A model generated the notes under the pieces. The model was not told the DNA's origin and searched no databases. It saw only the letters and a list, made by a program, of their open reading frames with translations. A DNA stretch of 62,989 nt, filler included, from Aduncisulcus paluster (lineage: Eukaryota): NCBI GenBank assembly GCA_024181965.1. It is 5 parts of 5 records of this genome, joined end to end, with 100 filler letters (N's around TTAATTAATTAA, not from the genome) between each part and the next. Parts side by side here need not be neighbours in the genome. Positions count along the whole stretch, not along the records: positions 1 to 21,334 come from BQXS01012554.1; positions 21,435 to 36,171 come from BQXS01012556.1; 3 more parts are not named here. One strand, given 5' to 3'. Positions 12,801 through 22,837 of the stretch are shown in pieces. Numbering within the stretch: position 1 is the stretch's first letter; each line of letters begins with the position of its first letter. A program made the position numbers and the translations under genes.

Positions 12801-15800
12801 GCAAAACAGATTTTCCACTGATGTTTGGCATAATCGACATATTCTTGAGTAATAATCCTTGCCTTTTGAAGCGATCTGGCCAGGGAAGGACTCATACCAA
12901 TTAAATACACCATTGCTTCTGTCCGATCACGTTGTACCATCCGATAGCGCACCACTTCCTTATCTTCTTCAGGTTTAACTGATGTATAATCGTCTTCTAT
13001 GAATTTCAACAGGCCAGAGGAACCTGATGAACTCATACCATCGCCCGAAGACGGTATTTGACCGGATGTGTTCCCCAGGTCAGCCTTCTTCTTCTTCTCA
13101 AGTCTCTCCTGTCTCTTCTTCTCTTTTTCTTCCATCATATCTTTGATCGTTTGTAACTTAAACATGTCCTCCTTTTCGCATTCCCTGATTGTCTTCCTGA
13201 ATGCCTTGTTATCCTTGACGTTGGCCATTAATCCAACGATAAGACGAACAACAACATCGTATATAAATGGCTCCTTACAAGTTGGGAATTCGTTGGAGCA
13301 CCAACCAAAATACAGTGTCCAAATATACACTCCACAGTGAATGGCATAACCAAGACCTACAGGAATGGGGGGAGTCGGGCCAGGATATGTCAGAACACAC
13401 TCGATTTCTTGCATAGCAGATTGACTGATCATCTCCAATCGGGATTTGGAACGTTTCTTTCGTTCTAAAACCTTCTTTTTCTCTGCTTTCTTCTCCTTAA
13501 TATACTTCATGAGGATATCTTCCTCTCCATCGAAAGAATCACCAGATACCATCATTCCACTGCCTCCAGAACACGTCACACTCTGTCCATCATTCCCAAA
13601 TATCAGCACAGCACCAGTCTCGACGTCAACAGGATCAAATCCTTGGTTCTCTGCTTCTTCCCAGCAACTCCAAGCGAGGCTGGCAGGCTGTCTGTCGTGT
13701 GAGTCGACAGAATGTGAGCTGGCGGATGGTTGTGACTTGAAATATGAGGAGGACATGTTGATCCCAAGAGCTTCATACTCGGCACACCTCTGATGAGCAC
13801 GGGAGGACACAGTGGAAACTGCCCTTGATCGAGAAGAAAGATCAGGGCTGCCAGTCTTTGGCACCATAGATGTTTTCGTCCCGTGAATAGAATGATAACT
13901 CTCAATTCTTTGCATTCCTGCAGATGCTGNNNNNNNNNNNNNNNNNNNNGGTTGTGACTTGAAATATGAGGAGGACATGTTGATCCCAAGAGCTTCATAC
14001 TCGGCACACCTCTGATGAGCACGGGAGGACACAGTGGAAACTGCCCTTGATCGAGAAGAAAGATCAGGGCTGCCAGTCTTTGGCACCATAGATGTTTTCG
14101 TCCCGTGAATAGAATGATAACTCTCAATTCTTTGCATTCCTGCAGATGCTGGCATTCCTCCAGGATGTTGCTGATGCATAGAACCCGTTTGATACATTGT
14201 GCCATTTCTTGGATCATAACCACCACTTACAGCTCTCTGAAACATATGTCCCGGTTCAATGACATGCTCAGGTCGATGTGTCGGATGAGCTGGATATCCA
14301 TGAACATCCGAGGGATCGACAGGGTGACCTCCATATCCTGATGGATACGCTATACTGTACTGTTGCATGTGGGTATGCACTGGTTCTGGCTGCACTTCAT
14401 GCACAACATGAAGACGAGACGGATCATAGGGGACTTCAATTGGTTGACTTGGCATGCCCAGTGAGGCCTGATGACTTGGAGGGGCATATGAGGGAGCACG
14501 CTGAGGAATATATCCTTGCATTTGAGGCTGAGGGTAATATTCGGGATATTCGCTCGAATGAAATGCATGAGCTTGAGGATGCTCCATCCCTTGATGTTGT
14601 ACAGGAGCAAGGGGAGGATAATGAGAAGAAGATTGTTGATGTTGTTGCGGGTTTGGATGGCTTTGCTGACCTTGATATTGATACTGAGAATGCATGGAGT
14701 GCTCATGATGATGATAGACCATCGTTCCTTCAGGGAAATACTGTGCCGATGGATGATGGATAGGTTGGACAGTCGTAGTGTACTGTTGATGACAGGGTGA
14801 CCTCCATATCCTGATGGATACGCTATACTGTACTGTTGCATGTGGGTATGCACTGGTTCTGGCTGCACTTCATGCACAACATGAAGACGAGACGGATCAT
14901 AGGGGACTTCAATTGGTTGACTTGGCATGCCCAGTGAGGCCTGATGACTTGGAGGGGCATATGAGGGAGCACGCTGAGGAATATATCCTTGCATTTGAGG
15001 CTGAGGGTAATATTCGGGATATTCGCTCGAATGAAATGCATGAGCTTGAGGATGCTCCATCCCTTGATGTTGTACAGGAGCAAGGGGAGGATAATGAGAA
15101 GAAGATTGTTGATGTTGTTGCGGGTTTGGATGGCTTTGCTGACCTTGATATTGATACTGAGAATGCATGGAGTGCTCATGATGATGATAGACCATCGTTC
15201 CTTCAGGGAAATACTGTGCCGATGGATGATGGATAGGTTGGACAGTCGTAGTGTACTGTTGATGTTGATAATGGGGGTATGACGATGGAATAAATTGAGA
15301 TCCTTGGGAATACATCTGCTTGCGTCGTTCTTCTTCAGCTCTTGCACGAGCTTCTCTCTGTTTTTCAACTATTTTAGTCCTTCGAACATGCTCAGCAACT
15401 CTGATCATACTAATTACACTACACAGTTCTTCAATTGGTAACGAGTGGATGAAAAGTCCAGGACAGCTCTGAAATGGTTTTAAATGATATTCTTTCGAGT
15501 GTTTGGCAAGAGAAGGAAGATAAACTTTGATAATTTCACCAGTCGGTGACAAGACAATATCGGCGTCCGTTTCTTTGTTTCTAACGTTACTCACAGCCTT
15601 CTTAACATCGTACAGTACTTGCATAATGCCTGAAACTCCAGTGTATTTCTCTATAAGGAAAGATAGGTTGAGAGTATGAGGAGAGTGAAGGATGGGGTAG
15701 AGAATGGATAACGGAAGCTTTGTATATTGTCGGACGGAAGTCATATGTGGGAGAGCCATTGTTTCAAGATATAATCTCACGTCAAGAATACTGTGGAAGG

Positions 15801-16503
15801 TAGTCTTAGAAAGGTCTCCAACAAATAATAATTGGTGAACAAACTTTGATATATTTGGATGAATGTCTCGATTATAGCTATGAAGAGGAGGTAACTGATC
15901 CCCACAACCCATAACTGTTAGTGGAGGCGTGAGTGTAAGGAAAGAATAGAAAAATATACCAAGAGAGAACAAATCGCTGCTTGTAGTAAAGGGATATTGG
16001 GTCTTAACTCTGACACATGGGAGGAGTTTCGTCATTTCTAAAGCTGTTTCACATGATACTTTAGTTAAAGGATTGATTAAAGAAGTATGCCCAGATGAGA
16101 GAGCAGCATAAATGCTGGCTTGTTGTTCAGCAACATTTATCGGGGTAATGGGCATTAGAATTGGATGATTACCAATGAAATACACACTCTCTGTGGAAAA
16201 ATATCGATATGCAGCTCCTGTTTGATGAATCATATGCAAGGCTTCCAGTATTGATAGAGCTAGTCGACAAAAAGTATCAAGACTATACCAATAACGTGGA
16301 TCAACCTCACAAATTGGAACTCCTGGAACACTATGCAAAATAACATCGACAGAACTGACATTATACAAAACTTCTTCTATTCCAATGATACAGGTGGACT
16401 CAATCCCTCTGATTCTTGTAATATCATCAAGAAGCCATTTAATATGTGATTGATTCCACCCAGCAAGTGGATATGTGATTTTAATGCGGTGATCATATTG
16501 CAT
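6896..16503 (-). CDS. Giant (~2,850 aa) protein: N-terminal pseudokinase, Q/H/P-rich linker, acidic tract, and HstK/group-X HK-like helical scaffold
   Basis: ORFs 14350-16503 and 6896-14722 join once the 473-bp duplication is removed. Kinase-like LALSILEALHMIH and SDLFSLGIFFYSFLT. Later motifs SKGNSF, VLQAAAVAGPYF, YMFTSESIR and YLRWGA. Confidence 0.7.
14318..15263. repeat. 473-bp tandem duplication, probably an assembly artefact, that frameshifts the giant gene
   Basis: 14318-14790 appears identical to 14791-15263. The length is not a multiple of 3. Confidence 0.85.
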
Positions 16504-16697
16504 TGTATTTCTTCTCGGTATTGATTAAAAATAGAAAATTCTATGATATAAAATAAATAGTAAGACTAATTTTAATAATGGTTACTAACAGGATAATTCT
16601 GCTAGGAGAACCTTTTCCGAGAAAAAGAGATTGTGAATTAACAACAGAGTAATTTCACATATCACATATGTTTAAATGCATGAAAACAAAAATGAAT

Positions 16698-18275
16698 TTA
16701 TTTTGAAGAGACATTTTTTAAAGCTTCTTCTAATTCAGTCTCCTTTTCTTCGGATACACCACTTCTTGATACATCAATAATTAAATCTTTATCTTTTACA
16801 ATATCTTCAAAAACAGAGTATTTCCAGTCATTTGGTGGAATATATTCAATGAAATCGCGAGTTTTATCCCTCATATCCGTTACTTTATCAAGAGAGAATA
16901 TGAGACTCTCGATATCTTTGTCATCAAATTCACTTGAACATAACGAAAGTGATTTTGGCCGCTCGATGGTTGAAATGAATGAAGCAAGAGAGAGTATGGT
17001 TGACGATCCAGCTCCACAAGCATTCATATTGATATTTCTCACTTTGACCCCTTTTCCACAGAAGGCTCCAACAATGGTAGCACAAGCCTCGTCGCCGAGA
17101 TCGTTTCGAGAAATATCAATAGATCTCATTTTGGACTTCCCAGAGAGTGAAATGGCTTGGACAAGAGAAGGAACAATGTCACTATTCAGACCACATGCAG
17201 AAACATTGATCACAGAAAGAGAATGAGGAGGCATCGAAAGCTTAAGAACCGTTCTGAAAGACACAGCATCCAATGAATTCAGAGAAATATCAAGAGATAT
17301 GATACCCCCTTTCGATTTCTGATGTGGACAATCGACTAAGTTGGAGCAGGCCGCCATTCCTCGGACAATAACAGAGATATCATCAGCAGAAATAAGAGAA
17401 TCTTTAATAGAAAGGACGGGAGGCAATACACCAGTAGCTGCAGCTCGAGTGAAGCCAGCGACATCAAATCCTTTAATCCCGTATTGAGTTTTTGGATCAT
17501 CAGAAGAAAGGACGGGATAAGTCCGAACAGCATCAGGAGGAATCATTTTATAACGTAATGATGGAGGTATAGTTAATAATGTAGCTTCCCAAGGACTAGT
17601 TTGAATGATGGATGTGTCGATTGAACTATTCCCATAAGTAATACGTAAAGAGAGTAAGGAAGAAAGTTCACGGCATAAGAAAAGAGGATAAAGCCTTGAA
17701 GGAAGCTCCCTAATATGAAGTTCACGGACATATGGCTTGCAAGCAGCAATAACACTCCCAAGAGCAGTCTCTCTCATGGCAGTTGAAAATGCCCCGGCTG
17801 GATTCTTTTCAGCATCTTTTACGGCTTCATCTGGAAGTTGAAAAGTTTCTAAGTATTGTTGTAAGTATAATTGGAAAAATAATTCTTTGGCGGTTTTTTG
17901 AGACAGAGGACGGGGTTGAAAGGAAACTTCCTTCTCAGTTTGTTGTTTAATGGACTCTTCTAATGTTGGTTTCTTAACCAAAAATTCACCAGCATCGTCA
18001 TGAAACTCTTCGGTGGCAATTAATCTTCGAATAAAATATGATTCTTGTTTAATGCGAGCAACTTCGGAGATGGGAAGATCTACAGGTAAGAAATCTGCCA
18101 ATCTTGGAATAAACTTTGGTGGAAACCCGGAAAGATTTAATTTTTCTTTACAACTTTTTGCGAAAGACTCAATACAATGATCAACCAGTGAAGGAACCGA
18201 AAAAACTACAGCTTTATGTCTGATATTAGTTCTTGCAATTGGACGATATCTAACAGCAAATAAATGAGAATTCAT
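16698..18275 (-). CDS. DRC5: Dynein regulatory complex subunit 5 (TCTE1)-like LRR protein
   Basis: VPSLVDHCI, LPVDLPISEVA..ESYF, KELFFQLYLQ and YVRELHI match the TCTE1 N-terminal pattern, followed by RI-type LRRs (IDISRNDLGDE). ATG at 18275. Confidence 0.75.
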   Translation of the reverse strand: MNSHLFAVRYRPIARTNIRHKAVVFSVPSLVDHCIESFAKSCKEKLNLSGFPPKFIPRLADFLPVDLPISEVARIKQESYFIRRLIATEEFHDDAGEFLVKKPTLEESIKQQTEKEVSFQPRPLSQKTAKELFFQLYLQQYLETFQLPDEAVKDAEKNPAGAFSTAMRETALGSVIAACKPYVRELHIRELPSRLYPLFLCRELSSLLSLRITYGNSSIDTSIIQTSPWEATLLTIPPSLRYKMIPPDAVRTYPVLSSDDPKTQYGIKGFDVAGFTRAAATGVLPPVLSIKDSLISADDISVIVRGMAACSNLVDCPHQKSKGGIISLDISLNSLDAVSFRTVLKLSMPPHSLSVINVSACGLNSDIVPSLVQAISLSGKSKMRSIDISRNDLGDEACATIVGAFCGKGVKVRNINMNACGAGSSTILSLASFISTIERPKSLSLCSSEFDDKDIESLIFSLDKVTDMRDKTRDFIEYIPPNDWKYSVFEDIVKDKDLIIDVSRSGVSEEKETELEEALKNVSSK

Positions 18276-18525
18276 TGTGGGAATATTTCTTAAATGCAAC
18301 GATTCTGTTCAAAAAATGCAAAATTGTGATACAACTAGGAATATAATAATGGCAAGAGTTTTTGTATAGTATATTAAATTATAAGCAACTAATATGATAA
18401 TATAATTTTTTGGTAATGCAATGAATTCACTAAATACATTAATACGTAAATTTTCAGTTACATTCTGAGATCTAAACAAAAATAACATATTTATTACAAT
18501 TACTTAAATTTTATCAACATCTATT

Positions 18526-20121
18526 TCACATGAACAGGATAGAAGTGAATATGCACAAGGCTATTTGGGAGATATTTTTACCCATCCTTCCAGCAACTGT
18601 AGTATAAACATTTCCAACGCGAGGTGGTTTAGCAACAAATCCAACGATAATATCACCCATGATTGCACCAATGCATATCCCGATAAATATCAAAATACTT
18701 CTGACAACGAGACCCTTCTGCTTAAACAGAATAGACATCATTCTTTCGTATATTGAGGGCATAGCTGGCAATAATATATCTCTGAAACCCATGGCAGCAT
18801 TGTGATATTCCCCATAAGAGTTATAGTCCTTATCTCCCATCATTTCTGAGATCGTTTCAAGGAGTTTGGAGACGGTGCATGTTCCAATAAATGAACACAA
18901 CATCTGAACAGCGCACATTCCCAAAGAAATCAAGATGGTATCATAAAACTGTGGGAAACGGACATGGGCGAACTTATATCCCCACCAGAACATACGGTCA
19001 CAACGAGAGATGGGTTTGTTTCGCCTAGCAGAGTCAACAAAGATGGAAGCGATATGAGCAACAAAGAATATCATCGCGAGCAGCTTGGGAAGCAAGAGAA
19101 GGACTCCATATCCCACTTCTGGTTCCAGGAAACGATCAGAGAGATATTCGGCAAAGCTACTAATAGCCCCAATGACAATTGGTAAGTTAATGCACACAGC
19201 ACATGAAAGAACAAGAGTCGTGAAGAAAGGCAATCTTCGAGGAGTGAATGACCAATCCTTGGCAATTTTCTTTTGGAGGTCAGCAATTTGTTTCTCAGAA
19301 AGAGTTTCTGGGTCGAGTTTCTTAATGTCGTCAAGAGAACTCGATGGTTGGACTGTATCTTTAGATTCGTCAGCAGTTTCTTCGGCCTTGTCTTCTTTAG
19401 GAGGATCGATCTCTTGCCCTTCACCATCCTTCTCTTGTTCTTCATCATCCTTATGTTCAGGGGTTTCAACAGTTTCATCATCTTCTTTCTCTTCTTCATC
19501 CTTCGCAGCAATCTCAGATTCCGCAGGAACAGAGTCGCCTCCATCGGAAGCATGTGAATCGGATTTTTCTTCGACCTCATTTCCATTATTGGCAGCTTTC
19601 TGCTCAGCCACAAATTCAGCTAAACGGGCTTCATATATCTTCTTTGTAAACGGTGTTCCGTGGGCAACAGCAATAGTAGCAGAAGCTGCAAAACTACACA
19701 CAGATCCAAATATCAAAAATACCACAGTGAAATCACTGACATCGAGATATTTGAAAGAGAAATAATTAAAAGGCAATAAAAATTTAAGACTAATAACACC
19801 AGAGAATGCGTTATGACCAACAATTGCGGTTGGCGTTCCCCGAAGAGTCTTTGGAATACATGCGTCGGATCCCATAGAATCGAACAGAGCTTGCTCCTCT
19901 TTATCGTCAACAGAGTGAATATTTAAGGATACATTTTTCCATTTTTGAATTACAGGAATAACTGATTCTTTCGCAATACGGCAATGATGGCATCTGGTGG
20001 ATTCGAACAAATCAATTCTATATACATTTGAATTGAAGACATTTCCATATACTATGAGGCCGGAAAACAGCAGTATTCCAAGGAAAAACAAACTCCAAAC
20101 TAAAAAAACTCTTCTTTCCAT
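18526..20121 (-). CDS. Polytopic membrane protein with N-terminal thioredoxin/glutaredoxin-like CxxC domain
   Basis: Signal/TM segment, FESTRCHHC, GTPT cis-Pro-like motif, acidic loop and about 6 further hydrophobic segments. Confidence 0.65.
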   Translation of the reverse strand: MERRVFLVWSLFFLGILLFSGLIVYGNVFNSNVYRIDLFESTRCHHCRIAKESVIPVIQKWKNVSLNIHSVDDKEEQALFDSMGSDACIPKTLRGTPTAIVGHNAFSGVISLKFLLPFNYFSFKYLDVSDFTVVFLIFGSVCSFAASATIAVAHGTPFTKKIYEARLAEFVAEQKAANNGNEVEEKSDSHASDGGDSVPAESEIAAKDEEEKEDDETVETPEHKDDEEQEKDGEGQEIDPPKEDKAEETADESKDTVQPSSSLDDIKKLDPETLSEKQIADLQKKIAKDWSFTPRRLPFFTTLVLSCAVCINLPIVIGAISSFAEYLSDRFLEPEVGYGVLLLLPKLLAMIFFVAHIASIFVDSARRNKPISRCDRMFWWGYKFAHVRFPQFYDTILISLGMCAVQMLCSFIGTCTVSKLLETISEMMGDKDYNSYGEYHNAAMGFRDILLPAMPSIYERMMSILFKQKGLVVRSILIFIGICIGAIMGDIIVGFVAKPPRVGNVYTTVAGRMGKNISQIALCIFTSILFM

Positions 20122-20433
20122 CCTCTATGTAGCAAAAACGGTGCGATTTGTGCGGTTCTTCCATCTGACTCTGTTCGATAATAATCCGATATTGCATAAT
20201 AAGGGTAACAATTTCTATTTGTAATCATGATCATTACTGTTTGATAATAAATTATTTCAAGTGGAATAATACGGCCACAATGCAATCAGAATATTTGATG
20301 GTCAAATAAGGATAATAACAACATAATAAAACATTTATTGAATTTATGAGAGCCAATAAAGGAATAATACTGTAATAATAATGGAACCAACGAAGGAATC
20401 AATACGAAATTGTTATATTTAGTGTAAATTGGA

Positions 20434-21334
20434 TTACTCTTGTTGTTCTTGTTCCGTTTCCAAATCTTCAGCAGCCTTCTCTTCTTGCTTCAAGCGTTCT
20501 TCCTCTTCCTTCCTCTTACATTCTTCCTCTTCTTGCTTCAAGCGTTCTTCCTCTTCCTTTCTCTTACGCTCTTCCTCTTCTTGTTTCAAGCGTTCTTCCT
20601 CTTCTTGCTTCAAGCGTTCTTCCTCTTCCTTTCTCTTACGCTCTTCCTCCTCAGCTTCCTTTCTCAAGCGTTCTTCCTCTTCTTGTTTCAAGCGTTCTTC
20701 CTCTTCCTTTCTCTTACGCTCTTCCTCAGCTTCCTTTCTCAAGCGTTCTTCCTCTTCCTTTCTCTTACGCTCTTCCTCAGCTTCCTTTCTCAAGCGTTCT
20801 TCCTCTTCCTTTCTCTTACGTTCTTCCTCTTCTTGCTTCAAGCGTTCTTCCTCTTCCTTTCTCTTACGTTCTTCCTCTTCTTGCTTCAAGCGTTCTTCCT
20901 CTTCCTTTCTCTTACGCTCTTCCTCAGCTTCCTTTCTCAAGCGTTCTTCCTCTTCCTTTCTCTTACGCTCTTCCTCCTCAGCTTCCTTTCTCAAGCGTTC
21001 TTCCTCTTCCTTCCTCTTACGTTCTTCCTCTTCTTGTTTCAAGCGTTCTTCCTCTTCCTTCCTCTTACGCTCTTCTCCTCAGCTTCCTTTCTCAAGCGTT
21101 CTTCCTCTTCCTTTCTCTTACGCTCTTCCTCAGCTTCCTTTCTCAAGCGTTCTTCCTCTTCCTTTCTCTTACGCTCTTCCTCCTCCTTCCTTTCTCAAGC
21201 GTTCTTCCTCTTCCTTCCTCTTACGTTCTTCCTCTTCTTGTTTCAAGCGTTCTTCCTCTTCCTTCCTCTTACGCTCTTCCTCAGCTTCCTTTCTCAAGCG
21301 TTCTTCTTCTTCTTGCTTCAAGCGTTCTTCCTCT
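20434..21334 (-). CDS. 3' end of a protein with ER/K tandem repeats (RKRKEEEERLKQEEEE); 5' part lost at the spacer
   Basis: About 900 nt of 45-51-nt coding repeats ending in TAA at 20434, with small indels in the repeat. Confidence 0.7.
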
Positions 21335-21434
21335 NNNNNNNNNNNNNNNNNNNNNNNNNNNNNNNNNNNNNNNNNNNNTTAATTAATTAANNNNNNNNNN
21401 NNNNNNNNNNNNNNNNNNNNNNNNNNNNNNNNNN
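21335..21434. other. Artificial scaffold spacer N44-TTAATTAATTAA-N44 (six-frame stop linker)
   Basis: Identical 100-nt linkers at 21335, 36172, 57380 and 59957. Confidence 0.97.
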
Positions 21435-22159
21435 AGAGTCCCCAGGCGTGTTGAAATCAGATGCTTGCATTGCGATTCCATGAATGAATTTCAGAGCATA
21501 AGTGCCCATGAACCCGTTTGATAACACAGCGAAAGGTTTAATTGGTAAATGCCGAAGGTCAGCATAGCTGCAATTAACAAACATTGAGTTTAATTCATCC
21601 GTAGACATCTTTTCCGCACTTCGGGGATTATCCCGAGTGGGATATATCTAAATTCATGATTCTGTTATCACACATATCAAATTGAAAAATATGTGGGTTT
21701 TTAGTTGGGAATTCGAAAGAAAAAGCAGTTGTGGTGACGGTAAACGAGAACAAAAATTCTGTGCATGAAGAAAGTTGATGCTACTAATTCTACAAGGACT
21801 AAACCGTTATTTTGTTTTTATTTTTATTTATATTTATATTTTTCCTTGACTAGATAGCTGATTTTACAGTAATAAACGATATACAACAATGTCATTTTTT
21901 GTCTTTTCAAATTTTCTGTAATTGATATAATATACAGAAAATAAATCAATATCTCAAATGGGCAATCTCTATTTTATTTATCACGTTAATAGTTTTCTTG
22001 TTTGTGACTCGATCGCAGATTCGGAAGTTTTTTTTTTTGTTTTTTTTCGCATTGCCAAAGTTTTCCTCAAAAAATACGGGTTTTTCTTGGGCAATTGTCG
22101 CAAGTTCTTTGTCAATTCTGTGTGTAGAGTGTCAACTTCAAGTTGATATTATTGGAGTT

Positions 22160-22527
22160 GACCTCCCAATTGATCTCCCCTACCTGACGTTTCGGATGGA
22201 CACCCCGGTTAAAAAACGCATTTTCAGGCGGGAGATTTATTGGGAGACCCTTTATAACCTAAGGTTATTAACCTTCAAATTGATCTTTACCTTGAAGTAT
22301 TTTTTATACCTGGCTTTTGATGACCTGCTTGTTGGTGGTCGGGCGGTATTCTTTTTATACCTGGCTCTTGATGGCCTTGGCTCGATAGCCTACTTGTGGG
22401 TGGTCGGTCGGTTAAAAAACGCATTTTCAGGTGGAAGATTTATTGGGAGGCTCTTTATAACCTTGATCTTGACCTTGAACTAATTTTTACACCTGGCTCT
22501 TGATAGCCTACTTGTAGGTGGTCGGGC
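22160..22527. repeat. Non-coding element: long hairpin plus modular imperfect direct repeats
   Basis: Inverted arms at 22163-22187 and 22224-22246. Module A at 22206 and 22409. Module B at about 22301, 22352 and 22484. Confidence 0.75.
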
Positions 22528-22837
22528 TATGGTGGATTTTACTATATAGTATATCTAGTAAATCAACGATTATGACAAATATTTAATATAATTTATATAT
22601 ATGATATTTTTAATTTAACAAACGGCCTGTAAAAATAAGATTTTTGGTCTAATTCACCAGATAGAGGTGATTTATTCTGAAAGCGAATCTATTTACATAT
22701 CAGATATGATGATTTCGAAAAATTAATTCTACATGCTAGTAATTTTCAAATTAATTCACATTATCCACGACATAATAGAATCTAAAAATAGCCAGAAAAT
22801 AATTCAATCATCTCTAGTTTGGAGCTATAGCCACAAT

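Noticed and set aside
21379..21390. TTAATTAATTAA as a biological motif
   Set aside because: It is always centred in 100-nt N linkers and is a synthetic six-frame stop.
20429..21390. Plus-strand Ser-rich and Phe/Leu-rich ORFs, or a CRISPR-like array
   Set aside because: They are antisense shadows of the ER/K coding repeat, with no unique spacers.
21998..22483. 161-aa ORF over the repeat element
   Set aside because: No ATG start and no recognisable domain; better explained as a non-coding repeat.
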